A DNA stretch of 64,000 nucleotides. Source: a virus. Its lineage: Duplodnaviria > Caudoviricetes. The stretch lies in IMG/VR virus record IMGVR_UViG_3300029288_000111, positions 37,093-101,092 of that record, one strand, 5' to 3'. Shown here piece by piece: positions 36,868 to 46,536 of this stretch. The position numbers and the translations under genes are program-made. The stretch's first letter is position 1. The number at the start of each line of letters is the position of its first letter. Under the pieces are notes generated by a model. It had not been told where the DNA came from. It saw nothing but the letters and a program-made list of their open reading frames with translations, and searched no databases.

Positions 36868-37454
36868 CCCTCATCATCACCCTTCTTCGCCCGCCGGCCT
36901 TGCCGGGGCGGCCGCGGCGCGGCCGGCGCCGGCGCCTCCTCCTCATCGAGGATGTGCTCGTCCTCTTCCAGGTCGCCGGGCAGCACCATGCCGTAGTTCG
37001 GATCGGCCTCCGCGGCGGTAGGTGTCTGCGCCGCCACCGGCAGGGGCACGGTACCGTCATAAGCCCCCAGGTTCTGGAAGCCGGGCACCTCCGCCAACCC
37101 GCAGTTCTCGGGCGCCGCAAAGCGCCCCTGCGCGTCCATCAGGCACGCCAACCCGCTCGGGCAGGTGACCTGCTGCCCCGCCACCGGGCGGTCCTTGCGG
37201 ATCGCCTGCGGCGGCGCCTGCCACAACACCAGCGGCCCATCCGGCGCCCGCACCTCACCTTCCACCTGCACGACCTCGGCGGGGGTACCATCCACCACGT
37301 TCCATCCGGGCACCAGGTGGATCGGGCAGGTCACGGGCACCTGCGCCTTCCCTTCGGCATCGGTGTCGAACTGTACCGCCGGCTGGCTCCCCAGCGAGGG
37401 CGCCACCACGTGCTGCCGCCGCACCTCCTGGTTCTGCACCGTCATCATCTGCAT
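36864..37454 (-). CDS. hypothetical protein downstream of capsid
   Basis: ORF with RBS, high GC3. Confidence 0.6.
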   Translation of the reverse strand: MQMMTVQNQEVRRQHVVAPSLGSQPAVQFDTDAEGKAQVPVTCPIHLVPGWNVVDGTPAEVVQVEGEVRAPDGPLVLWQAPPQAIRKDRPVAGQQVTCPSGLACLMDAQGRFAAPENCGLAEVPGFQNLGAYDGTVPLPVAAQTPTAAEADPNYGMVLPGDLEEDEHILDEEEAPAPAAPRPPRQGRRAKKGDDEG

Positions 37455-37533
37455 TGGAGTTCCCCTCTCTTCTCTGTTCCCGGAAAGGTGAGGGGTGACG
37501 GCTCACCCCTCACCGACACGCCAGCGCCCGTTC

Positions 37534-39027
37534 TCAGGCCGACACGGCCGCCACACCGGTGCGGCGCAGGCGCCCGATGTTCTTCACGTAGATGTTCTTC
37601 TCCGGCTCGGTCATGATCGGCGTGTGAATGAGGATCAGCGCGAAGGGATCCACCATCATCCCCGGCGGCAGCACGCGCTTCATGACCGGGCAGTACTGCG
37701 CGACGTAGGTCTGGTTGTCATCCATCGAGAGCGCGCACCCCTGATAGGTGTCGGGCTCCCAATAGCGGTCGTCATAGAACGTGGTGGTAGCACCGGTCGT
37801 GGTGCGGGCGACGGAGCAGAGGTGGCGCCGGTTGCCCGCCACGCTGCCATCGTCCGTGACTTTGTTCCGGAAGATGTGGAAGTAGATCACGTTGGCGTCG
37901 TTGCAGGTGATCGTCAGCGTGATTCGCTGCCCTGCCGTCGCCGTGATCGCCGCCGAGGTGGCGGCGGTGCTCATGCCGCCACGGCTGACAGCGCACACGT
38001 CGTAGTAGTAGGTGCCGGCCACCAGGCCGCGCCGGCTGTCGGTGGCGGTGTGCGCCCCGCCCGAGCCGGTGACACTCGTCGGTGCTGGCGGACTGTTCGG
38101 ACCTCCCACCAGGGGCGCCACGCGCGGCATCCCCATCGAAACGCCGGGGCGCAGCATGTGCACCCCCTTGACCTTCAGGTACTCGGGGTCGCCATCGAGA
38201 CTGGCCACGACGATCTCCCGGAACATCGCGCCCAACTGCCCCGCCCGCAGGTTCTCGTCCGCACGCTGCTCGGGGAACAGACTGCGCTGCAGATCGTTGA
38301 TCGCCCCGAACGGCAGGTAGACCCGCGACAGGTCGCAGTTGTTCTGCTCGGCGATGTCGGCCAGTACGGTGAGGCTCTCCTTGTCGAGCGGCGCGTTGCG
38401 CATATCCCACATGATGTTGTTGTCGGCCGTCGCCGCCGCCTCGATCTGGCAGAAGTAGCCATCGTGCTGAAGGCTGCTCACGGCGCTGCGGTCGAAGAAG
38501 AGACTGCGCTCGCAGTGGATGAGGAGTTCGCGCATCTTGAGCTGCTCCAACGTCTGCGTGATGTTCCGGCCGACGCCGTTGAACCCCACGCTGCGCTGAA
38601 GCTGCGCGATCAACTCCGCCTCCGCCTTGACGTACTTCGCCTTGACCGACTTTCCGGCACGCCGGAAGGTCGGGTCACTCACCACCCCCACGTCGGAGAA
38701 CCCGGCGGAGCCATCCATGCCGTAGGCGCCGAACCCGGTGTGCACGGCATACTCCACCATGATAGAGCCAGTCGGAATCTTCGTCACGTCGCGCCACGCC
38801 ACGAGCTGGCGCTGCTTCACCTCGACGCTACGCAGAGTGCCGTCGAGGTACTCCACGCCCAGTTGGGTAGCGCTGGTGGCGCCCCCCGCCGTGGTGCGCG
38901 GGATGGTGGAATCGGCAGTGATAGCCTTGCGCACCTCTTCCGTGATCAGGTTCACCTCGTTATCGAGATCGGAGCCGCCGCCATTCGGGAAGAAGGCATC
39001 CGGCCCCAGCACACTTGCGAACTCCAT
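37534..39027 (-). CDS. major capsid protein (SPO1/Twort-like, with Ig/FN3-like insertion)
   Basis: VRKAIT..L.VEYLD.TL, ERSLFF..Q.DG, DMRN, GTYYY.V.AV; follows protease and scaffold. Confidence 0.85.
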   Translation of the reverse strand: MEFASVLGPDAFFPNGGGSDLDNEVNLITEEVRKAITADSTIPRTTAGGATSATQLGVEYLDGTLRSVEVKQRQLVAWRDVTKIPTGSIMVEYAVHTGFGAYGMDGSAGFSDVGVVSDPTFRRAGKSVKAKYVKAEAELIAQLQRSVGFNGVGRNITQTLEQLKMRELLIHCERSLFFDRSAVSSLQHDGYFCQIEAAATADNNIMWDMRNAPLDKESLTVLADIAEQNNCDLSRVYLPFGAINDLQRSLFPEQRADENLRAGQLGAMFREIVVASLDGDPEYLKVKGVHMLRPGVSMGMPRVAPLVGGPNSPPAPTSVTGSGGAHTATDSRRGLVAGTYYYDVCAVSRGGMSTAATSAAITATAGQRITLTITCNDANVIYFHIFRNKVTDDGSVAGNRRHLCSVARTTTGATTTFYDDRYWEPDTYQGCALSMDDNQTYVAQYCPVMKRVLPPGMMVDPFALILIHTPIMTEPEKNIYVKNIGRLRRTGVAAVSA

Positions 39028-39130
39028 GGTCGTCCCTCCAAACGCAGAGGGGCCGACCCTCGAATGGGCCAGCCCCCGCTCGTTATCCGCTCGGGCCGCC
39101 AGCGGCCCGCTTCGCTCTTGTCTGCTTCCG

Positions 39131-39964
39131 TCACTCCTGGAGACAGTTCTCCAGCACCATCTCCGGCGTCATCTCGGAGTCGGCGGGATGATCCACCGCC
39201 CAGCACGCATCGTCGAAGGCGGCCCCGTCGATCTTGCCGTCGAGGTATGCCTTCTGGAGGCGATCCAGCACCACGCCCTTCGTCAGTCTCCGAAGCGCCG
39301 GCGACTCCGCCTTGCGCAGCAGCCTCCGGGGGTGCGGGCTGGAGGGGCGGCCGGCCGCGGTCTCCGACATCTCCTCCAACTGGCCGACGAGCACGTCCAT
39401 CTTGTCGGCCAGCCCCTTCATCACCCGGCGCGCCGCCGCGTCTTCCGGGCTATCAGCGGCCGGCTCGGCCGCTGCCGGACGCGCCGCTACCGCCTTCTGC
39501 AGCTTCGCCACGTCCCTGCGCAGCGTGCCCAGGCCCTTCGTCAGCCCCTCCAGGTGATCGGCCACCGCCTTCAGGTAGGGCACGGCATCGAAAATCAACT
39601 CGTTACCCCCGGCCGCCTTCAGGAGGGTCTCGTGGAGGTCGTCGGCATCCACATCCGGCGTCGAGACGCTCTTGCGCACCTTGCGCGGGGGCGCCTCCTC
39701 CTCCTCCTCCTCCGACTCGTCCTCTTCCTCCGGCTCCGGCTCTGGCTCCGGCTCCTCCTCCTCCTCCGACTCCTCTTCCTCGTCGTCGGGAGCAGGGGCG
39801 GCCGCCGGCTTCCGCTTGCGCTCCTTGCGGATCTCCTCGGCCAGCGCGGCCGGGTTCTCCTCCAGCGCCTTCACCAGCGGCAGCGCCTGGTCCAACTCAT
39901 CCTCAGTGGCGGTGCCCGCTCGCAGGCGCCCCACGAACTGCTTCATCTCAGTCAGTAGAGACAT
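39131..39964 (-). CDS. capsid scaffolding protein
   Basis: Acidic low-complexity tract, coiled coil, many hydrophobic-x-K[AGS] sites. Confidence 0.75.
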   Translation of the reverse strand: MSLLTEMKQFVGRLRAGTATEDELDQALPLVKALEENPAALAEEIRKERKRKPAAAPAPDDEEEESEEEEEPEPEPEPEEEDESEEEEEEAPPRKVRKSVSTPDVDADDLHETLLKAAGGNELIFDAVPYLKAVADHLEGLTKGLGTLRRDVAKLQKAVAARPAAAEPAADSPEDAAARRVMKGLADKMDVLVGQLEEMSETAAGRPSSPHPRRLLRKAESPALRRLTKGVVLDRLQKAYLDGKIDGAAFDDACWAVDHPADSEMTPEMVLENCLQE

Positions 39965-39983
39965 CTCTCTCCTCCTTGCGCCC

Positions 39984-40784
39984 TCAAGCAGCGCGTTCCG
40001 CCGCCTCGATCAGCGCGTCAATACGGTCGGCCCACAGCGCCCCCAGCGCCTTCTGGACCGGCGTCGGCTTGCGGCGCTTCTTCTTCGCCGCCTGGCCTTC
40101 CTCACAGTGACCCTCGATCTGCTCCACCCCGAGCGCGCTGACCGTTGGCCCCACGTGCGGCAGCGCCGCGCTGGCGGTGATCGCCTTGATACAGGGCAGC
40201 TCGCTCACGAGCTCGGGGATGATCGGAAACTGAATCTCCTCGAATGGCAGGTCCGACCGGAGTGCCTTCGCGAAGGCGATGGTGCCCACGTTCCGGCTCT
40301 GGATCGGCCGGGCGGTGATTCCCACCGTCGAAATGAACGGAACTACCTTCGACCCCAGCCGCTTCTTCACGCACCCGGCCACCGAGTAGCCGTACTTCCG
40401 GCCGTGCGCCAGGCCGTCCACCATCTGATCGGCCCATTTGGTGCCCTTGAGGAGATTGGTCCGCAGCCACGGCACATCCACCCCACTCTGGGGATGGGGC
40501 GCCCGGTAACGCTCGATGCCGTACCCCATGATGTAGTTGTCATCGAGGGTGCGCTCGTAGAGGTGCTCGTGATCGACGATCTGACCCAGGCGGTCGAACC
40601 CCTCCTCCAGGCCCTTCTCGAACTCCTGCGAACAGTCCATCTCGTCGCCTTCAAGATCGGCCGTCGGCTCCGTCAGCGGCCCCTCCACGATCCAGGTCTT
40701 GCCGTCCGCCGACGCCGCCGCTTTCTCAATCGGCACGTAGAACGAGAACGGCTTGACCAGTTCCTCTGCTACCACGGCGCTCAC
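39984..40784 (-). CDS. prohead maturation protease
   Basis: IEKA..VEG..DLEGD, DHEH..IMG, GYSVAG, IT.RP motifs. Confidence 0.8.
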   Translation of the reverse strand: MSAVVAEELVKPFSFYVPIEKAAASADGKTWIVEGPLTEPTADLEGDEMDCSQEFEKGLEEGFDRLGQIVDHEHLYERTLDDNYIMGYGIERYRAPHPQSGVDVPWLRTNLLKGTKWADQMVDGLAHGRKYGYSVAGCVKKRLGSKVVPFISTVGITARPIQSRNVGTIAFAKALRSDLPFEEIQFPIIPELVSELPCIKAITASAALPHVGPTVSALGVEQIEGHCEEGQAAKKKRRKPTPVQKALGALWADRIDALIEAAERAA

Positions 40785-40864
40785 CTCCTCGCGGGTGCCT
40801 CACGCGAAAGGCGGCTCTCTCCCCAATGGCGAGAACCGCCTTTCACCACTCAGTCAGCGACCGC

Positions 40865-41710
40865 TCAGGCTGCGTTCTGCAGCCCGCACTCGAACAGACT
40901 GAACACCACGGCGCCCGCCACCGGCGCGGCGGCGTTCAGGAAGAAGAAGAACGGAACCACTTCCTCACCCGAGTCGAACGAGAACGCTGCCACCGTCGTT
41001 GGCGCCGCATCGTCGATCTCATAGGTGACAACCCCGGTCGCAGACACCTTCACACAGAGCGTGTGGGTCTCCGTGTCCGCCCAGTTGTCGGTGGTGTCCG
41101 TCGTGGTCGTCGCGGCGCCGTTCAGGATCGTCTCGATCTTGATGTCGCCCGAGATCACGTTCAGGCAGGCCAGCTCGTCATAGTCATCAATGTTCGCCTG
41201 ATAGGCCTCCGCCTTGCGGAAGCCGATGGCGCAGTCGTCCGTGCCGCTGACGTTGGCGATGGAGAAGGTCGCCTTGAAGTAGAAGGCGCCGTCAGTCCCC
41301 ACCTTGAACGAGTGCGGCGCGCCAGCCCGGTAGAGGATCCCGGCGGTGATCTCGATGCCGTCATCCTCGGTCTGATCCATGTTGACGTCGAGGCCGGTGG
41401 CCGCCGTCTTCGGCGCGAGGATCGTCTGGGTGCCCTTGGGGCTCCACTCCAGGCAGACGGCCGGCTTGTTGCCGTAGCCGTAGCCCCCCACGATCATCAA
41501 GTCCTCGTCACCGCCCGCGCCGGTGGCCGCCCCGCCCAGCTTCTTGGAGGTCACGATCCCTCCCATGAAGTCGGTCTGGATGGATCGCTGGAAGTTGGCG
41601 ATGTTGCGCAGCGCCCCCTCGACCGTATCGAAGCGGTCGCCGAATCCCTCAATGTCGCCGTGATAGTTCAGGGCGGCTTTCTCACCCGTCGTCAGTGCTG
41701 GTTTGAGCAT
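40865..41710 (-). CDS. virion structural protein (beta-sandwich)
   Basis: 281 aa beta-rich, strong codon bias. Confidence 0.6.
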   Translation of the reverse strand: MLKPALTTGEKAALNYHGDIEGFGDRFDTVEGALRNIANFQRSIQTDFMGGIVTSKKLGGAATGAGGDEDLMIVGGYGYGNKPAVCLEWSPKGTQTILAPKTAATGLDVNMDQTEDDGIEITAGILYRAGAPHSFKVGTDGAFYFKATFSIANVSGTDDCAIGFRKAEAYQANIDDYDELACLNVISGDIKIETILNGAATTTTDTTDNWADTETHTLCVKVSATGVVTYEIDDAAPTTVAAFSFDSGEEVVPFFFFLNAAAPVAGAVVFSLFECGLQNAA

Positions 41711-41844
41711 GCTCTTCTGCCTTTCTCCCGCCGTGATGGCGGAATCAGAAGGGGCCGCCCCGCTTCCGGCGCGAGCGGCCCCCGAATCGAAAAGGCCAGC
41801 CCCGAGAGGGACCGGCCTTCGGTGTTGTGCTATTCAGTTGTCAC

Positions 41845-43035
41845 TCAGAGAAACGTTGGGTCTATCTCGTGCAGGAACGCAAACCGATCCGGTGCTGCCG
41901 CGAACCTGTGTCCGATAACACCAGCACCGCCCGGGAGGATGACATTGTTCCGGCTCCAGTCATCCCCATCGGCGCCATTGTTCACTAGCAACCAGATGTG
42001 CTCTCGGTCGCCTTCGACCAAGAACTCTTCTCCGGTTCCGTAGATAGTGAATCCGCCGTGGTACTTCACTCGTCGACCATCCGGCAGCGGAACGTTCAAT
42101 GGGTGTTCCGCATCTCCTGGGTTGAAGAGAGACGCCTTGCGCTGGGCGAGCATCTTGTCTGCCGAGTTCCTCTGCTCGACCTCACGCCGAGCCTTCTCAG
42201 CGCGCTCCGTGCAGGCTTTCGTATCGCGGCAGAATACGTGCCACCCAGGTCGAGCACCGAACCCGAGGTGATCGTCCACGTCATCCTCGTCATAGTGAAC
42301 GAGGCTTCCTTCACCCGCTGGCACCATTCTGCCGCATGTAGAACAGTGCTGGGCGCGACGGTTCGTGCGCTTGGGCGCCGCACTTGCCTTCGGTGTTGCT
42401 GCGCGTTGGGGCGTCCTCTGCATCGCCAGCGAGCAATGCCTTCGGACACTCTCCTCAGCCTCAGCGGGGAAGACCCACATTTCGTTCACCGGACTCCACT
42501 GACCACCCAGCGCCCGAGCGCCCGACTCGAACGCAGGGTCCCTCAGTATCCACTTTGCCCCAAGCAACCTCGCTGACACAAGTAGCTTCTTGGACCCACG
42601 ACTGGGGAAACGCCCGAGTTCGAACTCGAACATTTCCTCGGGGTTGTACTGCTTCTTTTCCATCGTCGTTTCCCCTTTCCCTGGAGATAACGACGATTTC
42701 GACGCCGCGTTCCCGGAATCTTCCCTCCCAGCGAAGAGATCCGGCCCCGCTTCCTTGACCTTCTCCCGCTTGGTCATGTCCGGCCGCTTCCCCTTCGCCT
42801 TCTCGGGCTTCTTGTCCTCCACCCAGTAGGTCTGGGTGAAGTGCTCGGTCTTCCCGCCCCGCTTGCGGGTGACGCTCTTGCGCTCCTCGTGCAGCCCCTG
42901 GCGGGGCGCGCTGTGGGGCGTGTCACTCTCGCCGAAGCACAGCCACCGCTGCCCGCCCCGCTCCCGCCGGCCGTACTTCGAGAGCGCCTTCTCCAGCAGG
43001 AGTTTCAACGCGATGCACTTCGCCAGCTTACTCAT
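41845..43035 (-). CDS. leader-module fusion protein A; internal restart at ATG 42663
   Basis: MSKLAKCIALKLLLEKA leader, duplicated module, lower-GC cargo with CSTC; GGAGG RBS. Confidence 0.75.
   Translation of the reverse strand: MSKLAKCIALKLLLEKALSKYGRRERGGQRWLCFGESDTPHSAPRQGLHEERKSVTRKRGGKTEHFTQTYWVEDKKPEKAKGKRPDMTKREKVKEAGPDLFAGREDSGNAASKSSLSPGKGETTMEKKQYNPEEMFEFELGRFPSRGSKKLLVSARLLGAKWILRDPAFESGARALGGQWSPVNEMWVFPAEAEESVRRHCSLAMQRTPQRAATPKASAAPKRTNRRAQHCSTCGRMVPAGEGSLVHYDEDDVDDHLGFGARPGWHVFCRDTKACTERAEKARREVEQRNSADKMLAQRKASLFNPGDAEHPLNVPLPDGRRVKYHGGFTIYGTGEEFLVEGDREHIWLLVNNGADGDDWSRNNVILPGGAGVIGHRFAAAPDRFAFLHEIDPTFL
42688..42713 (-). promoter_or_regulatory. intragenic ECF-type promoter
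   Basis: GGAAC gcggcgtcgaaatcgt CGTTATC, then AAAGGGG RBS and in-frame ATG. Confidence 0.8.
42709..42991 (-). repeat. 283-bp direct repeat, copy A
   Basis: Gapless, high-identity alignment to 48389-48671 (offset 5680). Confidence 0.9.
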
Positions 43036-43088
43036 CTGAACCTCCGCAGGAAAGACATCAGTGGACACGAAATAGAGTCAAGATTCCG

Positions 43089-43114
43089 GGAACGCTCGCG
43101 CGCGGCCGTCGTTA
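43089..43114 (+). promoter_or_regulatory. ECF-type promoter
   Basis: GGAAC gctcgcgcgcggccgt CGTTATC. Confidence 0.82.
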
Positions 43115-43140
43115 TCTACCGTGGAGAGAGGAACAAGACG

Positions 43141-43551
43141 ATGAACATCAAGACGCTGGAGACGCTGGAATGGAAGTCCGGGCCGGAGTATCTCAGTGAC
43201 GAAGCGAAAGTCGATCATGGCGTCTACTCGATTGACAGCCCCGAGGGTTGCGGCCATAGCAATGTCTGGTACACTCCTCGCGGCGGCACGAAGATCCACC
43301 TCGCTACGGTGAGTGACACGGATTCGGACAGCCGGGCGCACATCCTCGTGGAGTTTGCCGAGGAGACGGTGGCCACCATCCGCGACTGCGACATCAGTGA
43401 ACCCATCTGCGACACCCTCGCAGATCACGACTTTGAAGAGGCGGTGCGGCGATCTTGGGATTATGACGACAACAGCAGGCGCGCCGTCTTCGCCGACTTC
43501 CAAGCATTCCGCACGTTGGTGGTGCGCCTGCTCCACCTCATCACCGCCTAA
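43141..43551 (+). CDS. hypothetical acidic protein
   Basis: ATG 43141 after promoter and GAGAGG RBS. Confidence 0.75.
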   Translation: MNIKTLETLEWKSGPEYLSDEAKVDHGVYSIDSPEGCGHSNVWYTPRGGTKIHLATVSDTDSDSRAHILVEFAEETVATIRDCDISEPICDTLADHDFEEAVRRSWDYDDNSRRAVFADFQAFRTLVVRLLHLITA

Positions 43552-43624
43552 CCCGCCATTGGGAGGAGTCCTGCTCCCCACGCCCCGCCCGCCGGGCCAA
43601 GGCGGGCAGAAGGAGACGGATAAG

Positions 43625-43822
43625 ATGATAGTCGGTTACATCGGACGAAACACACCCAGCAAGCCTGACAGAACTTCGGTCTTGATGGCGCTGGGAGGAC
43701 AGGTGTCACCCGGCGGTGACTTCATCTACTTGCCCGGTGATCAGTTGCCGGCCATGCTCGCGCACCTCGCACACGAGTGGAATCCCGTCACGCGCGAGCC
43801 CGAGTGGTTCATAGCACGATGA
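43625..43822 (+). CDS. small hypothetical protein
   Basis: AAGGAG RBS. Confidence 0.55.
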   Translation: MIVGYIGRNTPSKPDRTSVLMALGGQVSPGGDFIYLPGDQLPAMLAHLAHEWNPVTREPEWFIAR

Positions 43823-43853
43823 CACCCCCGGGGGCGCCCCGCACGCCCCCGTT

Positions 43854-44138
43854 CTACCCCTCCCGCCCGATCTGCTCGTGCGCCATCGCTTCCACCTGCC
43901 GCGCCCGCGCCAGCGTCTGCACCGCCCGCAGGTAAGCGATGCGCGCTTCCCGGCGCTTCACCGGGTCCGGGTCATCCACCAGTGGCGCGAACCGCTCCTG
44001 CGCCGCCAGCGCCTTCTTGATCAGCGCCTCGGCCGCTATCTGGCACTCCCGCGCCCGCAACCGTACCGCGTGGGCACTCTTCTCCGCCCGCGCCAGCGCC
44101 CGCCGCGCCCGCTCCTGGCTCTTGGGGAGGGTTGGCAT
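43854..44138 (-). CDS. hypothetical helical protein
   Basis: Coupled to upstream gene (TGATG). Confidence 0.65.
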   Translation of the reverse strand: MPTLPKSQERARRALARAEKSAHAVRLRARECQIAAEALIKKALAAQERFAPLVDDPDPVKRREARIAYLRAVQTLARARQVEAMAHEQIGREG

Positions 44139-44524
44139 CAGTCCTCGTCATCCCACTCCATCTTGCCGGACAGGGTTGCCCGATGGTGAACCGTAGCAAC
44201 CCGTATGGCACTCTCATGGGATGGCAGAACTGCAATACGCTTCTCCACCCCTCCCGCCTTCTGGTGGTAAGTGAGCCAGTGCCGGCCGTTAGGCGCGCCC
44301 TCAATATAGTAAACACCATGCCCGGCGTCCGCACGATGCACGGGGGCCCCCTTCGCTTCCCTGCTCCCCTGCGAGAAGTGGAGTTGCGGTTTGGCGTCCG
44401 TAGCATCAAAGTCCATGACCCCCTGCCCGGCCTTCTCCGCCCGCTGCTTCCCCGCCGCCGTCAACCCTTTCAGGAGCCGCTCCACCACGATGTTGAGCGC
44501 GATGGACTTGCCCAGTCTACTCAT
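44138..44524 (-). CDS. leader-bearing hypothetical protein
   Basis: MSRLGKSIALNIVVERLLKG. Confidence 0.7.
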   Translation of the reverse strand: MSRLGKSIALNIVVERLLKGLTAAGKQRAEKAGQGVMDFDATDAKPQLHFSQGSREAKGAPVHRADAGHGVYYIEGAPNGRHWLTYHQKAGGVEKRIAVLPSHESAIRVATVHHRATLSGKMEWDDED

Positions 44525-45675
44525 CCCCGTCCCTCCAGCCGCTCCAGGAGCAACTTCAGCGCGATCGCCTTCGCCAGGCGTCCGCCGCGCGTCGCCCGGC
44601 CCCGGATCATCCGCAGGAAGGTGCTCTCGCTCACGCGCGTCGCCTCATGGTCGAACTTCCCCAGGTCCGGCACGTGCTTCCACTGCCCGCGCACCAACAT
44701 CTGCGGCCAGGAAGCGTGCGCCCGCCGGACCGCCGGCTGCCCATCCCACGAGTAGTATCCCGCGGAGAGCGCCGGTCGCCCCCGCCGCGCCACGTCCGGG
44801 TGGTGGAAGTGTGACCGCCGCTTCCCCTGCCCCTTCATCAGCCCGCCCTTCTTCCCCAGCACCGGCGTTCGCCCCTCCATATTCCGCACCGCCTGCCCGT
44901 AGAGGCGGTTGGAGCGCGCGTTCAGGTCCTGATACCGTACCTTCCCCTCCGGCGTCTCCAGGTCCGCCGGCTTCATCGAGCGCATCCCCTCGTAGAGCTT
45001 GTGCCCCGCCGCTTCCCCGCCCAGACCGTGCTGCTTGGCCTGCAGCATGTCGATCGGCATGATCTGCAGTTCTCCAACGTGCCCGGTCTGGGGGTGCTGT
45101 GGGCGCACGGTGATGTCCTGGTAGCCGGCGTCCGTCTTCTTGTAATCCGGGGCGCCCGCCAGCGGCATCCCCGCCTGCCGCAGGTGGTGCGTCACGTGCG
45201 CGATGTCGTCGGGGTGGCTCACGGCGATGGTCGCCCGGCTCACGTCCTTGAGCTGTCGGTAATCGCCTCCCTTTCCCTCGATCTTCTCCTTCGCCCGCTT
45301 CTCGCCCTTGAGCGGCGCCAGGATCACCATCCCGCCCTTGCGGTGCCCCGCCGCATAGTCCTCCGGCGTCGGAGAGTGCCCCTCGACGACGTGCAACCCC
45401 AGTTTCGACGAGAGCCCCTTCTCCCGGTCAATCACGTTGTCCAGCCACTCCTTGTGCGCCGCGGCGTGCTGGTAGAGCGTCGGCAGGTGGCCGCTCTTCT
45501 GGCGCACCTCGTGTTCCGGGGTGGCCGTCATCTCCTCGTGGGTGAAGTGCTCCGTGGCCTCCGGCCCGGTCCGCCGGTGCGCCGATTCCGGGTCGAAGTG
45601 CGGGGCGCCTATCGGCGGGGCCGCCGGGCGCGTGGCAGGAGTCGAGACTCCGGGGCGGGGTTGTGGGTAGATCAT
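44521..45675 (-). CDS. RelA/SpoT-like nucleotidyltransferase domain protein
   Basis: LK..RA.EK, LKDVSRATI, GYQD, ELQI, GHKLYE motifs; leader-like sequence at C-terminus. Confidence 0.75.
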   Translation of the reverse strand: MIYPQPRPGVSTPATRPAAPPIGAPHFDPESAHRRTGPEATEHFTHEEMTATPEHEVRQKSGHLPTLYQHAAAHKEWLDNVIDREKGLSSKLGLHVVEGHSPTPEDYAAGHRKGGMVILAPLKGEKRAKEKIEGKGGDYRQLKDVSRATIAVSHPDDIAHVTHHLRQAGMPLAGAPDYKKTDAGYQDITVRPQHPQTGHVGELQIMPIDMLQAKQHGLGGEAAGHKLYEGMRSMKPADLETPEGKVRYQDLNARSNRLYGQAVRNMEGRTPVLGKKGGLMKGQGKRRSHFHHPDVARRGRPALSAGYYSWDGQPAVRRAHASWPQMLVRGQWKHVPDLGKFDHEATRVSESTFLRMIRGRATRGGRLAKAIALKLLLERLEGRG

Positions 45676-46481
45676 GACCTCTCCGATCCTCTCAGTACCT
45701 TCTGCCGTTCTCCATACTCGGGGTAATCGGCCAGCACTTCCGGCGGCACCGGCTTCCCGTCGTACCGCACCGCATCGCTCACACTCGTCCGGTGCATAGC
45801 CTCAAGATCGTGTTGCACCATCTGCATGTTGAAGCGATGCCCGGGAGCGAGTCCCTTTTCCTCCTGCCGCGTCTGCTCCAGGCCCGCTGTCACGAACTCC
45901 TCCCGCGTCATCTGCCAAGGCTCTCTCTTGGCAGGCTTCTCGCGCTTCGCTCCTGTGCTGCTGCTCCTCCCACCGTCAGGCGCTGCACCCACGCGGGCTT
46001 CCTGCGCCCCCCCAGTCACCGCGGAGAATCTCGGCGTTGGCACGGTCGTAGGTGTGCTGGGTGTCTCCGCCACCCGGGAACCCCATGCGCGCGCCACATC
46101 GCCCGCGAAGTCATCATGACTTTGCCACAGTTTGCTCTGCTCCAGTGGTAGGTTGAAGAATTCGTTGGCAGCAACGTTCCGCACTTGAGTGGCACTGCCC
46201 GAACCATGCAACTGCGTCCGTATGCGCCTAAGCACCACTTCAACCACCTTGGGTTTGCTGTCCGCACCCTCGGCGGCGGCCGCAGGCGTGCTAGGTGCCC
46301 CTCTCCCCTTCGGCACGAACTCCCCGCCCCGGTACTGCCCGGTGGCTCCCTGCTGCGCCCGAGGGTGCTGCTGCTCGAAGTCGAACCCCATCTGCCCGGC
46401 CGCCGCCGCCGCCCGGAAGGCCCGCTTCGAGGCCGCCTTCACCAGGATGTCGAGCGCGATCGCTTTGCCGAGAAGACTCAT
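45672..46481 (-). CDS. leader-bearing protein with polyvalent-protein motifs
   Basis: MSLLGKAIALDILVKA; HPR..GGEF; PWQMTREEF; KPVPPEVLADYP. Confidence 0.7.
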   Translation of the reverse strand: MSLLGKAIALDILVKAASKRAFRAAAAAGQMGFDFEQQHPRAQQGATGQYRGGEFVPKGRGAPSTPAAAAEGADSKPKVVEVVLRRIRTQLHGSGSATQVRNVAANEFFNLPLEQSKLWQSHDDFAGDVARAWGSRVAETPSTPTTVPTPRFSAVTGGAQEARVGAAPDGGRSSSTGAKREKPAKREPWQMTREEFVTAGLEQTRQEEKGLAPGHRFNMQMVQHDLEAMHRTSVSDAVRYDGKPVPPEVLADYPEYGERQKVLRGSERS

Positions 46482-46536
46482 GGCAGGACCCTCTCTCTCT
46501 CAGGGCGAACTCGGAATCTTGACTCTGGAGAACACC

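Noticed and set aside
39690-39790. GAG/CCG-rich low-complexity repeat
   Set aside because: Encodes the acidic scaffold linker; ordinary
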